64,000 nucleotides of DNA from a virus (taxonomy: Duplodnaviria; Caudoviricetes): positions 1 through 64,000 of IMG/VR virus record IMGVR_UViG_3300038673_000493; one strand, given 5' to 3'. Positions 54,204 through 64,000 of the stretch are shown here, piece by piece. The position numbers were made by a program, and so were the translations under genes. The notes below the pieces were generated by a model. It did no database searches. It saw nothing but the letters and a program-made list of their open reading frames with translations, and was not told the DNA's origin. Position 1 is the first letter of the stretch; every line of letters begins with the position of its first letter.

Positions 54204-55135
54204 ATAGGATACCAACTTTCTACATTACAAAGAGCCGTTCCAAAAATAATGGTACCTAAAGAAGGATCCTTTTGATAAGAGAGTAAAAGCTCCATAAGAT
54301 AAAGAGGAGTACCATCTTCAAAAAAACCATCAACCTTAATAAATACTAATACTATAAAAAATTTATAACCGGGGGGGATTAAAGATAATAAAAAAGATTG
54401 CTTGAATTGCCATTCGGTCATATTACCATATTTATAATATAAAGAAAAAAGAGAAGATTCTTTAATTAATTTAAAATCTACTTTTCCAGTAAATACTCCA
54501 TTATGAATAATTATATTTGCACCTGATGGAGGTAGGGCTGCTACTATTACGCTAGTAGGAATAGAAGAAAAAAGCATTTCTGTTTGCATGGATATTTCAA
54601 AAACAAATTGTTCCAAATCATTAGATAAAGGAAACCCAATTGAATAATTGGCAAAAATGCCATTAATATTTGGACCAAATCCTAAATAACTATTATTGAC
54701 AACAGGCAATCTTTGCCATACCATATAGGAGTCCTCAGAAGGGTATTTAGAAAACCAATCTTTCCAAATATCTGCATTTAATACAGAACCTTCAAAATGT
54801 TCATTTAAAACATCCACTCCATTTAAAGTTAATTTTACATAATCAAATCCATATATATTGTCACCAACAAATTTAGCCAAACTCATGCCAACACTATTTT
54901 TAGGATTAGCTGAAACTTTCTCCAAAATAAAATAAGAATCATTCACCATACCAACAAGAACTGTCATACCAACCCTAAGATCATTAATATCGTGCAGATA
55001 TGTTGCCGTAGAAATCAAACCGTTTTTCATTGCCAAAGATACTCTGCCTTTAACTTTATCTATGGCAGTAATCCTTGCTTGATTTAAATCATCTATTTCT
55101 TTTTCCTTACCAAAAACAAAAGATACATTTTTCAT
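54200..55135 (-). CDS. Paralog 1: shared N-terminal domain plus variable C-terminal domain
   Basis: QARITAIDKVKGRVSL...HDINDLRVGMTVLVG...ANPKNSVGMS. Confidence 0.65.
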   Translation of the reverse strand: MKNVSFVFGKEKEIDDLNQARITAIDKVKGRVSLAMKNGLISTATYLHDINDLRVGMTVLVGMVNDSYFILEKVSANPKNSVGMSLAKFVGDNIYGFDYVKLTLNGVDVLNEHFEGSVLNADIWKDWFSKYPSEDSYMVWQRLPVVNNSYLGFGPNINGIFANYSIGFPLSNDLEQFVFEISMQTEMLFSSIPTSVIVAALPPSGANIIIHNGVFTGKVDFKLIKESSLFSLYYKYGNMTEWQFKQSFLLSLIPPGYKFFIVLVFIKVDGFFEDGTPLYLMELLLSYQKDPSLGTIIFGTALCNVESWYPI

Positions 55136-56025
55136 CTAAAAAGCTCCACATAATTGGCAACATTTATTGTGGTCACTAAAGAAGTTTCCCCACCATCACT
55201 AACTTCTCCAGCAATTGTTTGAGATAATACTTGACTTTTCTCTGCCGTTTTATTTCTTCTGGTGCTTGTCAGATCAACATTATCCCCACATTCTAATGTA
55301 GGTAAATGTGTGCCAAGAACAATTTCTCTGCCTTTGATGGCATAAGTATGCAGATTTAATTCGGCTTGCCCTCTTGATATAGTAATGTTTGAATTATTAT
55401 AAATGGCATGTCTAATTTCTGACAAGTCAGTTAATGGTTTTACTTTGAATTTTCTGGTTCCGGTTGGTAATGCCGAAAGAGACAAATGATAAACAAGATC
55501 GGTATAATAATAATCCATAACTGTTTCTGGAGAAACATAAGTCAAAATCACCAATAAATCGGCATCTGCTATTCCAGTAGCTACAGGATTAGTTCCATTA
55601 GTAACATCTGCAAGAGTATCATATAAAGTCACTACACCAGCTGAAGTAACAGAAACATACCATATTTGATTGGGTTTAACATTCCAATTTTGTAAAGCAA
55701 TGTCATCATAAACCGGAGATAATTCCGAACATACACAATACAATTTTTGAAAAATATAAGATACAAAATTTTGAGGTTGTTTAATGACACTAAAAATAAA
55801 AGGAACATCCGAATAATCTGCCCCTATGCTCGCTTCAAACAACAAACCAAAATTTTGATAATTATAATAACCTGCTTTGAAAAATTCAAATTCTACGGCA
55901 ATATTTTCATATTGCAATCCTTGATATTCAAATGAAATTCCCAAATCATCAAAAGTCCATTTGGAAAAAGCAAATAGAACACCTATGCCATCATACTCAT
56001 CGTACTCATCGTATTCATCAGGCAT
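55132..56025 (-). CDS. Putative tail/baseplate protein
   Basis: Position in the tail module; LECGDNVDLTS (cf. LxxGD in hub proteins). Confidence 0.5.
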   Translation of the reverse strand: MPDEYDEYDEYDGIGVLFAFSKWTFDDLGISFEYQGLQYENIAVEFEFFKAGYYNYQNFGLLFEASIGADYSDVPFIFSVIKQPQNFVSYIFQKLYCVCSELSPVYDDIALQNWNVKPNQIWYVSVTSAGVVTLYDTLADVTNGTNPVATGIADADLLVILTYVSPETVMDYYYTDLVYHLSLSALPTGTRKFKVKPLTDLSEIRHAIYNNSNITISRGQAELNLHTYAIKGREIVLGTHLPTLECGDNVDLTSTRRNKTAEKSQVLSQTIAGEVSDGGETSLVTTINVANYVELFR

Positions 56026-56040
56026 TTATATTCTCCTTTA

Positions 56041-56463
56041 TTATCTTCTGATAATATCTATAAAAGGATTGCCATCAAGAATGCCTGGTTTCCAACCTAC
56101 TGTGGCTGTTCCATTATATTCTTGACCATCAATGGCATTTATTCTGGCAATGCTGTCTTTCAAAACATATCCAACAATTTGATTTGTAACGGGAAGTTTC
56201 CCGAGAAACCAAAGACCTTGAATCTTTGTTTTACCACCTAGAATATTTCTGCTGGCTTCAACAAAAAAATTATATTCTTTCATACCAGCAAGGACTAATT
56301 CATAATTATCTTCTCTGCCTGTTTTCGGATCTGTTCCTTTGAAAGAAAAATTCAATCTTTCAATTGCTGTAGGCTGACAACTTCCCCAACCCGGATTTCC
56401 TGATCTTACATCATTCAATTCATGAGTAAGACCACCGATTAATGTTAATTTGATTTTCCACAC
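56041..56463 (-). CDS. Hypothetical virion-module protein
   Basis: ORF track; GTG start with SD. Confidence 0.55.
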   Translation of the reverse strand: MWKIKLTLIGGLTHELNDVRSGNPGWGSCQPTAIERLNFSFKGTDPKTGREDNYELVLAGMKEYNFFVEASRNILGGKTKIQGLWFLGKLPVTNQIVGYVLKDSIARINAIDGQEYNGTATVGWKPGILDGNPFIDIIRR

Positions 56464-56477
56464 TTTGCACCTTCCTT

Positions 56478-57125
56478 TTAATTGTAAGTAAAATGGATTG
56501 AAAAAACTAAATCATTGTTGTACCATTCTGCCGCTGCCCAAGCAGCCATCGCACTTGTTAATATATGTTTCATGTTCCAATATAAATATTTAGCTCCGGT
56601 CAATACACCAGTATCTAAAGCTATTCTTGAATCTGTTCCTGCTAAAGGAGTCCCGCTCCAAGTAGCACTACCAGGAGTGGCATTTGTAGTGGCAATTGCT
56701 CTGAAAAGACTATTTGCAGGAGTACCATCACCTAACGGCAAACTTTCCCAAGTTGCATGAGAATCATCATCATACATTTCAAGATAAGGAATTGAAGCAG
56801 TAGCTCCGCTAAACCAAGCACAGCAAACATATCGTTTATCCCCACCATATACAGCTAGACTGGTTCCTGCCATAACTACTTGTCGATATGTTCCTGCACT
56901 ATTATCAGCTAAAAATAATGCAGGTGCTTCTGAAGTGCCTGCTTCCGGAATAATAACAGGATAACCTACTCCAGAAAGAAGATCACCATCTTGTTGTTGC
57001 AAATCTCTCCATACTAAATAATCTCCTGCTCCTAACAGAAGAAAATTAGAATCTCCTGCAGGATTTGAACACTCCACATCATTCGGTGAAATGTTCACTA
57101 AAATATTTACTGATGGTCTTGACAT
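56478..57125 (-). CDS. Putative structural protein
   Basis: SD AGGAG; Ala/Thr/Gly-rich. Confidence 0.55.
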   Translation of the reverse strand: MSRPSVNILVNISPNDVECSNPAGDSNFLLLGAGDYLVWRDLQQQDGDLLSGVGYPVIIPEAGTSEAPALFLADNSAGTYRQVVMAGTSLAVYGGDKRYVCCAWFSGATASIPYLEMYDDDSHATWESLPLGDGTPANSLFRAIATTNATPGSATWSGTPLAGTDSRIALDTGVLTGAKYLYWNMKHILTSAMAAWAAAEWYNNDLVFSIHFTYN

Positions 57126-57139
57126 AATTTACTCCTTTC

Positions 57140-59905
57140 CTAAATACCGTCTGTGCGGGTTAAAGATACTTGTTTAGTAGCCGTTACTCCTTTAGGACCT
57201 GTGAGAGTTACCGTAAAATTTTGACCTTTAATTTGCCATATAGTAACTTCTATATTATTTCCTTTTACAACAATATTAGTTCCATCTGTGGACATATCAG
57301 AAGCAACATAAGAATCATCGGAAGTTTTATGTAAAGTCCAAGAACCAAATTTTTGAGTACACAAAGGCAACCCTGCACCACCACTACCACCACCAATTGT
57401 AGTTTGAGATGCTGTTGTTCTACAACCGTAAGAACTTGCTTGCACAATAATAGAAGAAGGTCCTTTCACATAATAAGTTTCTGAAGTTTCTCCTGTTACC
57501 GTTGTTGGTTCATCCACTGTTTCTTCTTTGGCTTCATTAATTGTGGCAGAAAGAACTTGAGACAATCCTTCTTCTGTATTAACCGGAGAAGAAACAGTTA
57601 TTCGCACATCTCCTGCTGTAACTGCCGTAAAGTAATTTACAACAGAACCTGCTCTTTGATAGGTAATTACTAAAGGAGTTCCTGTAGCAATTATTGTATT
57701 TAAATTAATGGTTTTGTTTAAAAAAGAAGAATATAAATTTCCAGATACATGAGTAATTACACCATCAGAATCTTCCGTATAAGTATAAACACCTGTTACA
57801 CTAGAAATAGCCGAATTAGTAATGCATTGAGTAACTCCTGCTATTACATTGACAGCTTCAGCTTTTTCATCGGTAACTGTAACCGATCCGGTATTCAAAA
57901 CATTTGAAGCTAAAGTTCCTAATCCGGTATATTCATACATATAAATTTTACCAGATACAGCCTCATCCCCATTTTCTAAATAAGCTGTTATTTTTGCTAT
58001 CTCTCCTATTTCTAAAGTTGAAGGATCTATTTCAGCCGACAATGTGCTTGGACATTTGCAATAATTATTTACATAAATTTGTTTGGAATCTTCTTTACCT
58101 GACAAAGATGCTATGATACTGACTTCTCCTGCATACTCTAAAGTTCCTGGAGTATATTTTACTACATTATGAACCATTCCAGAAACTACATAAGAAACAA
58201 CCACCATTTGATCACAATAATTAAAATTACTTTCTGTCAAATAAACTTTTTTTCCATCTAAAATATAAGCACCATTAGCCACAAAATTATTTGCTCTGCT
58301 TGTATCTGCATAAGCCCAGATACCAATAATAGTAGCGGCTTCAAATTTAGTGGAAAGAGCTACAAGACTATCGGCTCTAACAATTTCTTTAGAAATGGTA
58401 ATTTCTGAACTGTTTTGAATAAGAGAATATACATAGGACAAAGTTGTTGGGCTGGCAGGGTCAAAAGACCATTCGACAACTTGATCATTTAAAGGAACTC
58501 CTTCTCCATTTTTAACTTGTGCCCACACATCCACATAACCCACTTGCAAAGTGCTTATGCCAATACATTCAGATCCCAATTCAACGGAGATAGAATTTTG
58601 AGAAACAGATTCAACTGGAATAATTTTTATTCTATTTCCAAATTCAGGCCATTCTGGTTCTTCATTGATTTCTTGAATAATCAAATCAGTCAGATCATAG
58701 TCCGACGTTGTTGGCGCTCTTACTAATCGTTTAATACAGATATTTCCTGCTCTATCTGTGGTAACAAATCCCTCTTCCCCAACAATCAATTCAACTAATT
58801 CTTGCAATACTTCAATTGGATATTGATCATCTGCCTCAAAATTATCTGCATAAATGGTAAAGTCAGCTATATCACATTTAGTTGAATCCCAAACCAAACC
58901 AACTGATTCAATAATCTCCTTACAAATCGCATAAAATGTGGTATCTTCATCCCACAACTTTGTAACCTTTTGAGCAAAAGGTTCTGCTAGTATAGCCGTC
59001 GATTGTCTGCCCCAAACTCCTGTCATTGTTTCATGAATGCCTACTTTAAAAGTAGGACGTTCAATAAAGTAAAGTCCTTGACTTATCCAAACAGTTGTTC
59101 CTTCAATTATATCTGTCGTGGACATATACACTTTATCTATCCAAGAATCAGCTCCAACATTTCCTTCGGAACCCCAATATATACCTTCAAGATCATTAAA
59201 AGGATAATCTATGGAAGCAGTAGCAGAACCGACTTCAATGTCATTTATTTCTATTGAAATATCTCTACCAGAAACAGTGATTTTAAGTTCATGCCAAACA
59301 TCAGGAGCTGGCGGACTTAATTCTTCATCAATTAAGGTATTTCCTAATCTATCTTGTGCATACACATACAAAATATTATTCGATATATAAATATCTATAC
59401 TTGAAGCGGCTCCCCCGATATACACTTCAAAATATGTTACTCCTGTTGTATATCTAAATCCTTGAGAAAAAACAAAATTAACAGGGGAAGTGCCCAACTC
59501 ATAATCTAATTCAGCCCACTCATCTGCGGTTCCTACTAATTTTAAACTAGATGTTCCATCATCATATTCATCCGTATCAAGTTCTACATGTTCCACATAA
59601 GTAGGCTGAAGATCAAAAATTTCTTCCTCCCATCCCGACGTTGCTCCATCAACACCCTCAAAATTAAGAACAAACAAATTACCTGTAAGAACAGGAGTTT
59701 CTATGGAAGTAAATACTTCAATTCTTGCTGTTTCAGGAATTATAGAAAAATCCAAAGTATCATAAAAATCTTCATCTAAAAGATCAAAAGACAATTCCCG
59801 ACAAAAAGCATCTAAAGAAGATTCAATGGAGAAAGACTTTATTTTGTTTGTAATATCGGTTATACCATCTAATATAAACTTAAAAGCATATTTAGACATT
59901 TTCAT
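57140..59905 (-). CDS. Large tail (hub/tip-like) protein with an inserted lectin-like module
   Basis: SFSIESSLDAFCRELSF; PIEVLQEL; FVTTDRAG; follows the tape measure. Confidence 0.65.
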   Translation of the reverse strand: MKMSKYAFKFILDGITDITNKIKSFSIESSLDAFCRELSFDLLDEDFYDTLDFSIIPETARIEVFTSIETPVLTGNLFVLNFEGVDGATSGWEEEIFDLQPTYVEHVELDTDEYDDGTSSLKLVGTADEWAELDYELGTSPVNFVFSQGFRYTTGVTYFEVYIGGAASSIDIYISNNILYVYAQDRLGNTLIDEELSPPAPDVWHELKITVSGRDISIEINDIEVGSATASIDYPFNDLEGIYWGSEGNVGADSWIDKVYMSTTDIIEGTTVWISQGLYFIERPTFKVGIHETMTGVWGRQSTAILAEPFAQKVTKLWDEDTTFYAICKEIIESVGLVWDSTKCDIADFTIYADNFEADDQYPIEVLQELVELIVGEEGFVTTDRAGNICIKRLVRAPTTSDYDLTDLIIQEINEEPEWPEFGNRIKIIPVESVSQNSISVELGSECIGISTLQVGYVDVWAQVKNGEGVPLNDQVVEWSFDPASPTTLSYVYSLIQNSSEITISKEIVRADSLVALSTKFEAATIIGIWAYADTSRANNFVANGAYILDGKKVYLTESNFNYCDQMVVVSYVVSGMVHNVVKYTPGTLEYAGEVSIIASLSGKEDSKQIYVNNYCKCPSTLSAEIDPSTLEIGEIAKITAYLENGDEAVSGKIYMYEYTGLGTLASNVLNTGSVTVTDEKAEAVNVIAGVTQCITNSAISSVTGVYTYTEDSDGVITHVSGNLYSSFLNKTINLNTIIATGTPLVITYQRAGSVVNYFTAVTAGDVRITVSSPVNTEEGLSQVLSATINEAKEETVDEPTTVTGETSETYYVKGPSSIIVQASSYGCRTTASQTTIGGGSGGAGLPLCTQKFGSWTLHKTSDDSYVASDMSTDGTNIVVKGNNIEVTIWQIKGQNFTVTLTGPKGVTATKQVSLTRTDGI

Positions 59906-60344
59906 GATCCTTTACAACAAGACTTATTTCATAATCATATCTTGCTACATTGAAAAACGAGGAAACAAGATTTCTCTTGTAAACGAACCCTAAAGGTCTT
60001 GCGAACTGCACTTTCCAACAGTCATATCCATCGGTAAAATAGTATTCCCCGCTAGATATTGCTTCAAGTGCTACGATTGCATCAACTGTAGCTTTTGAAA
60101 TGGCAGCCTCATCTGAAAACGTTATTCGTTGATCCATAATTTGAGAACCAAAATCTTGAATAACAACTCCTCCCAAAGTAGGAATAACAGAACCTCTCAT
60201 TACAGATCCTGCAAAATGATCATAATCTCCAGTCACCACTGGATCTTTATCAAAGACAACCAAAGAAGCAAGAGGAGTTACACCAGTTACCGGATCTAAC
60301 ATCGGGCCTAATTCTGTGGAAAAAATAGCAAATTTGCCAGCCAT
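59892..60344 (-). CDS. Putative distal tail protein
   Basis: Immediately downstream of the tape measure. Confidence 0.5.
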   Translation of the reverse strand: MAGKFAIFSTELGPMLDPVTGVTPLASLVVFDKDPVVTGDYDHFAGSVMRGSVIPTLGGVVIQDFGSQIMDQRITFSDEAAISKATVDAIVALEAISSGEYYFTDGYDCWKVQFARPLGFVYKRNLVSSFFNVARYDYEISLVVKDHENV

Positions 60345-60353
60345 AACATTTCC

Positions 60354-63300
60354 TTATTTTTTACTTAATCTCATTTTAGATAATTCTTTTTCAAGTCTCT
60401 TTATCTGGGTTCTCATGGTATTAGGATTACCAACTACTTTCAAAGGTATTGAAGAATTTCCCACTGCTAAATTCAAAGTGAATGTTCCTTGATCAACTGA
60501 TCTTACTAAACCACCTGAAGCAAAAGCAGGAACTGCGGCAAGATTAAATTTAGGTGCCGTAAAACTTTTCAAACTATTTACTGCTCTGAAAAAACCTTCT
60601 CCTAATGTTTGTACAACACCTTTTCTAATTACAAATTCTCCTGGAGTCAATAAAGCAGGAACAGTATCTCCGTCACCAGTACCAGGTATAAGTCCACCTT
60701 CTGCTTCTTGAACAGGAGCCGCTCCTCCTCCACTATCACTTCCCCCACTACTGCCACTTCCCCCACTACTTTCACTACTACCAACTTTTACAGTTTTAAT
60801 GGTAATTGTATAAGTAGCCCCTTTACTTAATTCAGAAGTAAGAGCGGCAAATTTACTTTGCACATTAGCAATTATTGTATTGATAAATGCTTGCCCACTT
60901 CCATCATTACCAAGTATCTGAATCAAGAAATTTGATACGGAAGCTGTAAGACTCAAACTCCAATTATGAAGATTGTTTTTAAGAGAATTAATTACTGTCA
61001 ACAATGGAGAAAAAGTAACACCATCTTCTGTGCCTATAAATTTAACAACAAATTGACCAAAATTCTCTGTAGTTAGAGAAGATTTTAATTCGGCAATCTT
61101 TGCCTTAACTTTAGTAATTGTATTATCTAATGTATCTTTAGGGGAAGCTTCTGCCATAAATTTAAGAACAAGTTCAGCTCCTTCTTTTGCCGAGTTTTTA
61201 ACTTCAGTTATTTTATCCAAAGCGGCAACTGTATCAATATTCATTTTAATTTCTTTTGTCAATGCCGTTTGGAGTTTATCAATTTCTGCTTTATAATTCG
61301 CCAAATTATTTTTAGCTTTTTCTAAATCTTCTTGTTGTTTGGATGCTGTGGTTGCAGACAAATCAATTTGTTTTTTAGCCGCTGCTTCCATAGCACCTTC
61401 ATACTCATCAATTAATCCTAATCTCAATTTTTGAGTATCTTTAGCACTTTCACTTTCTACACCAAAAACATCTGTAGTTTTTACGGTCAATGAATCAATC
61501 ATGTCACCGGCTTTTGAAAAATAATCTTTAGCCGCATCAATATTTCCTGCATATAACTGTTTATAACCAGCAGCCATTAATTCTTGCTGATATTTTGTAT
61601 CAGCCGCCATTTGTTCATCACTGGTCATTGTCAATTTATTGGCAGCCAATTTTTTATTGGCCGTATCAAGATAAACTTTTTCTAATTCTTTTTGTGTGGA
61701 CTTTATCTTTTCTTTATGAGATTTAATGGAAGATTCTAATTTAGACATGGCGGCTATTTCTTTTGAAGCCATGCTTTCATAAGCCTTTAATTGATCCTCA
61801 TAAAGAGAAATTATTTCTTCGGATCTCATTTTTTCATTTTCTAAATATTCGGCTTTTCTTCCATCAGATTCTTCCAAATACAAAGATTCTTTATCAATTA
61901 AATCCTTTCGTTTCTGGAAACCTTTATCAATGATAGACATTTCTGTATCAAAATTTTCATTAATCAAGTCTATCTTTTTCTTTGCATATTCTTCCTTAAT
62001 ATTATATTCCGCTTGCTCTGCATTTTCTGTGGTTTCTTCTCGTTCTCTGGCATTGGCTATTGCTTCCGCTTCTTCCAATTCCAAATAAGAAAGCCTCATA
62101 TCCAATGCTTTTTTCTGAATCTTTAATTGATTTTCAGTTTCTTTCTTTAATGCGGCTGTTTCTTTTTCATATATTTTTTCTCTCTTGCCTATCAATTCTG
62201 CTATTTTTGCATTTTGAGCGGCAAGCCCAACTCGTTCTTTTTCTTCAAAAGTTTGCTTACTTGCTTCAGTGGCTTTTTCATAATTCTTTTCGGCTTCTAA
62301 TCTGGCCCGCAAACCAGCTTGAAAAATTTTCAATAAAGCCGCTTGTTTTTCCGGAGAAGATTGAGCATCATAATATTTTTCCCAATTTTCCCCCATAGTA
62401 TCCAATAAAGTTGCTTCTTGTTTAACTAAATCTTTATCATTAGCCACCAAAGCTTCTTTTCGATAATTAGCCATGGTCACTTCTGCTTGTATTATTTTCT
62501 TAAATTTTTCGGATGCCGTCAATCCAGCTATAACTCGCTGCTGTTCCGATTTTTCCAAAGTTGCTATGGAAGAAGCCACTTCTTTGGCCGATTCCCATAA
62601 TTCTCTATTTGATTCAGATATTTTTTTATTCAATCCCAACATTTCTCTGGCTGGAGTCATCCTTGCTTCAAGAGCCGCTTTTTCATTAAATAAAGCCACA
62701 ACTTCTTCGGCTTTGGCGGCAGCCGTTTCTCTGCTTTTTTGAGCCTGCTCATCCAATAATTGAGCTTGTTTTTCATATTGATTGCTATTTTCTATCATAG
62801 CATCAGTAAGTTCAGGAAACTGTTCTCCTATTTTATCCATTATGGCAAGATAACTTTGAGTAACATCTTTTCCTTCAGCCTGTTGTTTTGCTAAATCTCT
62901 CAATTTTTCAGCAAGACTTGTGGCAGAAGTTGCTGCATTAGAATTTGTAATAACTTGTTTTTGAAGGGCTCCGCTGGCACCGTCCATACTTTGTTTCCAA
63001 TTAACAAGTCCTACTATCAATGCACCAACAGCCGTAGCAAAAAGTCCAATCGGATGGGCTCGCACAAGAGTGAATAAACCCATCAAACCCCCTCTTAATG
63101 CAGTCATCGCCGTAGTAGCAGCCCCTGTTGCCGCAGAATAAGCTATTATAGCCGCTTTTCCTAATTGAATGGCTTTTGTAAAAGTGCTCCACAAAGCAAC
63201 TAATTTTAAATAATTGGCAATTTTACCCAAAACAACTGCTAAAAGACCAAGAGCCGCAACTGTGGCAGTTACAGTCACGGTTGTTTTTATCAAAGCATTA

Positions 63301-64000
63301 TTTAATCCAGCATCTATAAGATCAATCACTTTTGTTAATACGGTAATAAGACCTTTAAAAACTTCGGTTAAACCTCCTTCTGAAAAAGAAATAATCATAG
63401 CTTTAAATCTATTGGACAATATGGACATTTTACCGCTAATTGTATCCAATTGAGTTGCCGCCATTGCTTGAGCTACGCCATATTTTTTAGTATCTTCGGT
63501 CAATATCGCAACGTATTCATGCATTGTGGATAATACCAATGCAGTATTGTTGGCACGAACATTAAAAAATTGAGTAGCTTTTGTAAGGTCTCCTCCAATA
63601 ACAGTATTTAAATTTTTAAGAACAACGGCTAATCCATTACCATTAGTAGCTAGATTTTGAAATTTAACATTAAAATCATTGGCGGATAAACCAGCTTGAT
63701 TAATAGCCGCTCTCAATTTTGCATTTTGATTTTCTAATCCAATAAATACTTGTCTTAAACTAGTACCTATTGTTGACATTTTAATACCAGCATTTGACAA
63801 AGCCATTACCGCTCCTAATGCTTGATTCAAACTAACACCAGCAGCTTCAGCAGAAGGACCAATATAGTTAAAAACTGTTCTCATGCCTTCCAAATTGGTT
63901 TTAGATCCATTTGCTGCTACTGCTAATGAATCCATAATATAAGATGCTTCGGAAGCATCCAATCGAAAAGCACGAATAACAGTGGTCAACAAATCTGCGG
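60354..64000 (-). CDS. Tape measure protein (TP901-like core), 5' end outside the window
   Basis: YIMDSLAVAANGSKTNL...ALSNAGIK...GTSLRQ; long helical body; frame open to the edge. Confidence 0.9.
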   Translation of the reverse strand, partial: ADLLTTVIRAFRLDASEASYIMDSLAVAANGSKTNLEGMRTVFNYIGPSAEAAGVSLNQALGAVMALSNAGIKMSTIGTSLRQVFIGLENQNAKLRAAINQAGLSANDFNVKFQNLATNGNGLAVVLKNLNTVIGGDLTKATQFFNVRANNTALVLSTMHEYVAILTEDTKKYGVAQAMAATQLDTISGKMSILSNRFKAMIISFSEGGLTEVFKGLITVLTKVIDLIDAGLNNALIKTTVTVTATVAALGLLAVVLGKIANYLKLVALWSTFTKAIQLGKAAIIAYSAATGAATTAMTALRGGLMGLFTLVRAHPIGLFATAVGALIVGLVNWKQSMDGASGALQKQVITNSNAATSATSLAEKLRDLAKQQAEGKDVTQSYLAIMDKIGEQFPELTDAMIENSNQYEKQAQLLDEQAQKSRETAAAKAEEVVALFNEKAALEARMTPAREMLGLNKKISESNRELWESAKEVASSIATLEKSEQQRVIAGLTASEKFKKIIQAEVTMANYRKEALVANDKDLVKQEATLLDTMGENWEKYYDAQSSPEKQAALLKIFQAGLRARLEAEKNYEKATEASKQTFEEKERVGLAAQNAKIAELIGKREKIYEKETAALKKETENQLKIQKKALDMRLSYLELEEAEAIANAREREETTENAEQAEYNIKEEYAKKKIDLINENFDTEMSIIDKGFQKRKDLIDKESLYLEESDGRKAEYLENEKMRSEEIISLYEDQLKAYESMASKEIAAMSKLESSIKSHKEKIKSTQKELEKVYLDTANKKLAANKLTMTSDEQMAADTKYQQELMAAGYKQLYAGNIDAAKDYFSKAGDMIDSLTVKTTDVFGVESESAKDTQKLRLGLIDEYEGAMEAAAKKQIDLSATTASKQQEDLEKAKNNLANYKAEIDKLQTALTKEIKMNIDTVAALDKITEVKNSAKEGAELVLKFMAEASPKDTLDNTITKVKAKIAELKSSLTTENFGQFVVKFIGTEDGVTFSPLLTVINSLKNNLHNWSLSLTASVSNFLIQILGNDGSGQAFINTIIANVQSKFAALTSELSKGATYTITIKTVKVGSSESSGGSGSSGGSDSGGGAAPVQEAEGGLIPGTGDGDTVPALLTPGEFVIRKGVVQTLGEGFFRAVNSLKSFTAPKFNLAAVPAFASGGLVRSVDQGTFTLNLAVGNSSIPLKVVGNPNTMRTQIKRLEKELSKMRLSKK

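Noticed and set aside
52358-55135. Diversity-generating retroelement or shufflon behind the paralogous genes
   Set aside because: No reverse transcriptase or invertase in the window, no adenine-specific TR/VR pair, and all copies have the same orientation.
1-64000. Alternative genetic code (stop-codon reassignment)
   Set aside because: Conserved genes are intact under the standard code, and TAA, TAG and TGA all terminate genes at sensible positions.

Overview
A 64-kb AT-rich segment of a large tailed dsDNA phage. Spanins point to a Gram-negative host; a stand-alone NrdJ TSCPD domain tentatively suggests a deltaproteobacterial one. Bases 1-43,200 are transcribed on the + strand. They carry a small-gene accessory region, a replisome and recombination module (SF2 helicase, primase, initiator-like protein, intein-containing DnaB, beta-clamp, UDG-PolA, DnaX, SSB, RecA, 5'-3' exonuclease, resolvase, split SbcC plus SbcD) and a 7-deazaguanine DNA-modification cluster (queD, queE, folE, queC, dpdA-like) invaded by HNH elements. 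Bases 43,260-64,000 are on the - strand and carry lysis genes, a three-domain glycosyltransferase, a Gly-Thr-Ser collagen-like fibre, triplicated receptor-binding-like genes, tail genes and a tape measure cut by the window edge. The standout signal lies between 917 and 6581. Twelve gene junctions each hold a predicted self-cleaving ribozyme: eleven circularly permuted (P5-type topology) twister ribozymes with compensatory changes in P1, P4 and the T1 pseudoknot, plus one type II hammerhead in an equivalent slot. Each ribozyme starts at or within a few nt of the upstream stop codon and ends just before the next Shine-Dalgarno. This suggests a ribozyme-punctuated operon that cuts itself into hairpin-capped mono- or bicistronic mRNAs. 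All calls come from reading the sequence by eye; no database search or folding program was run.
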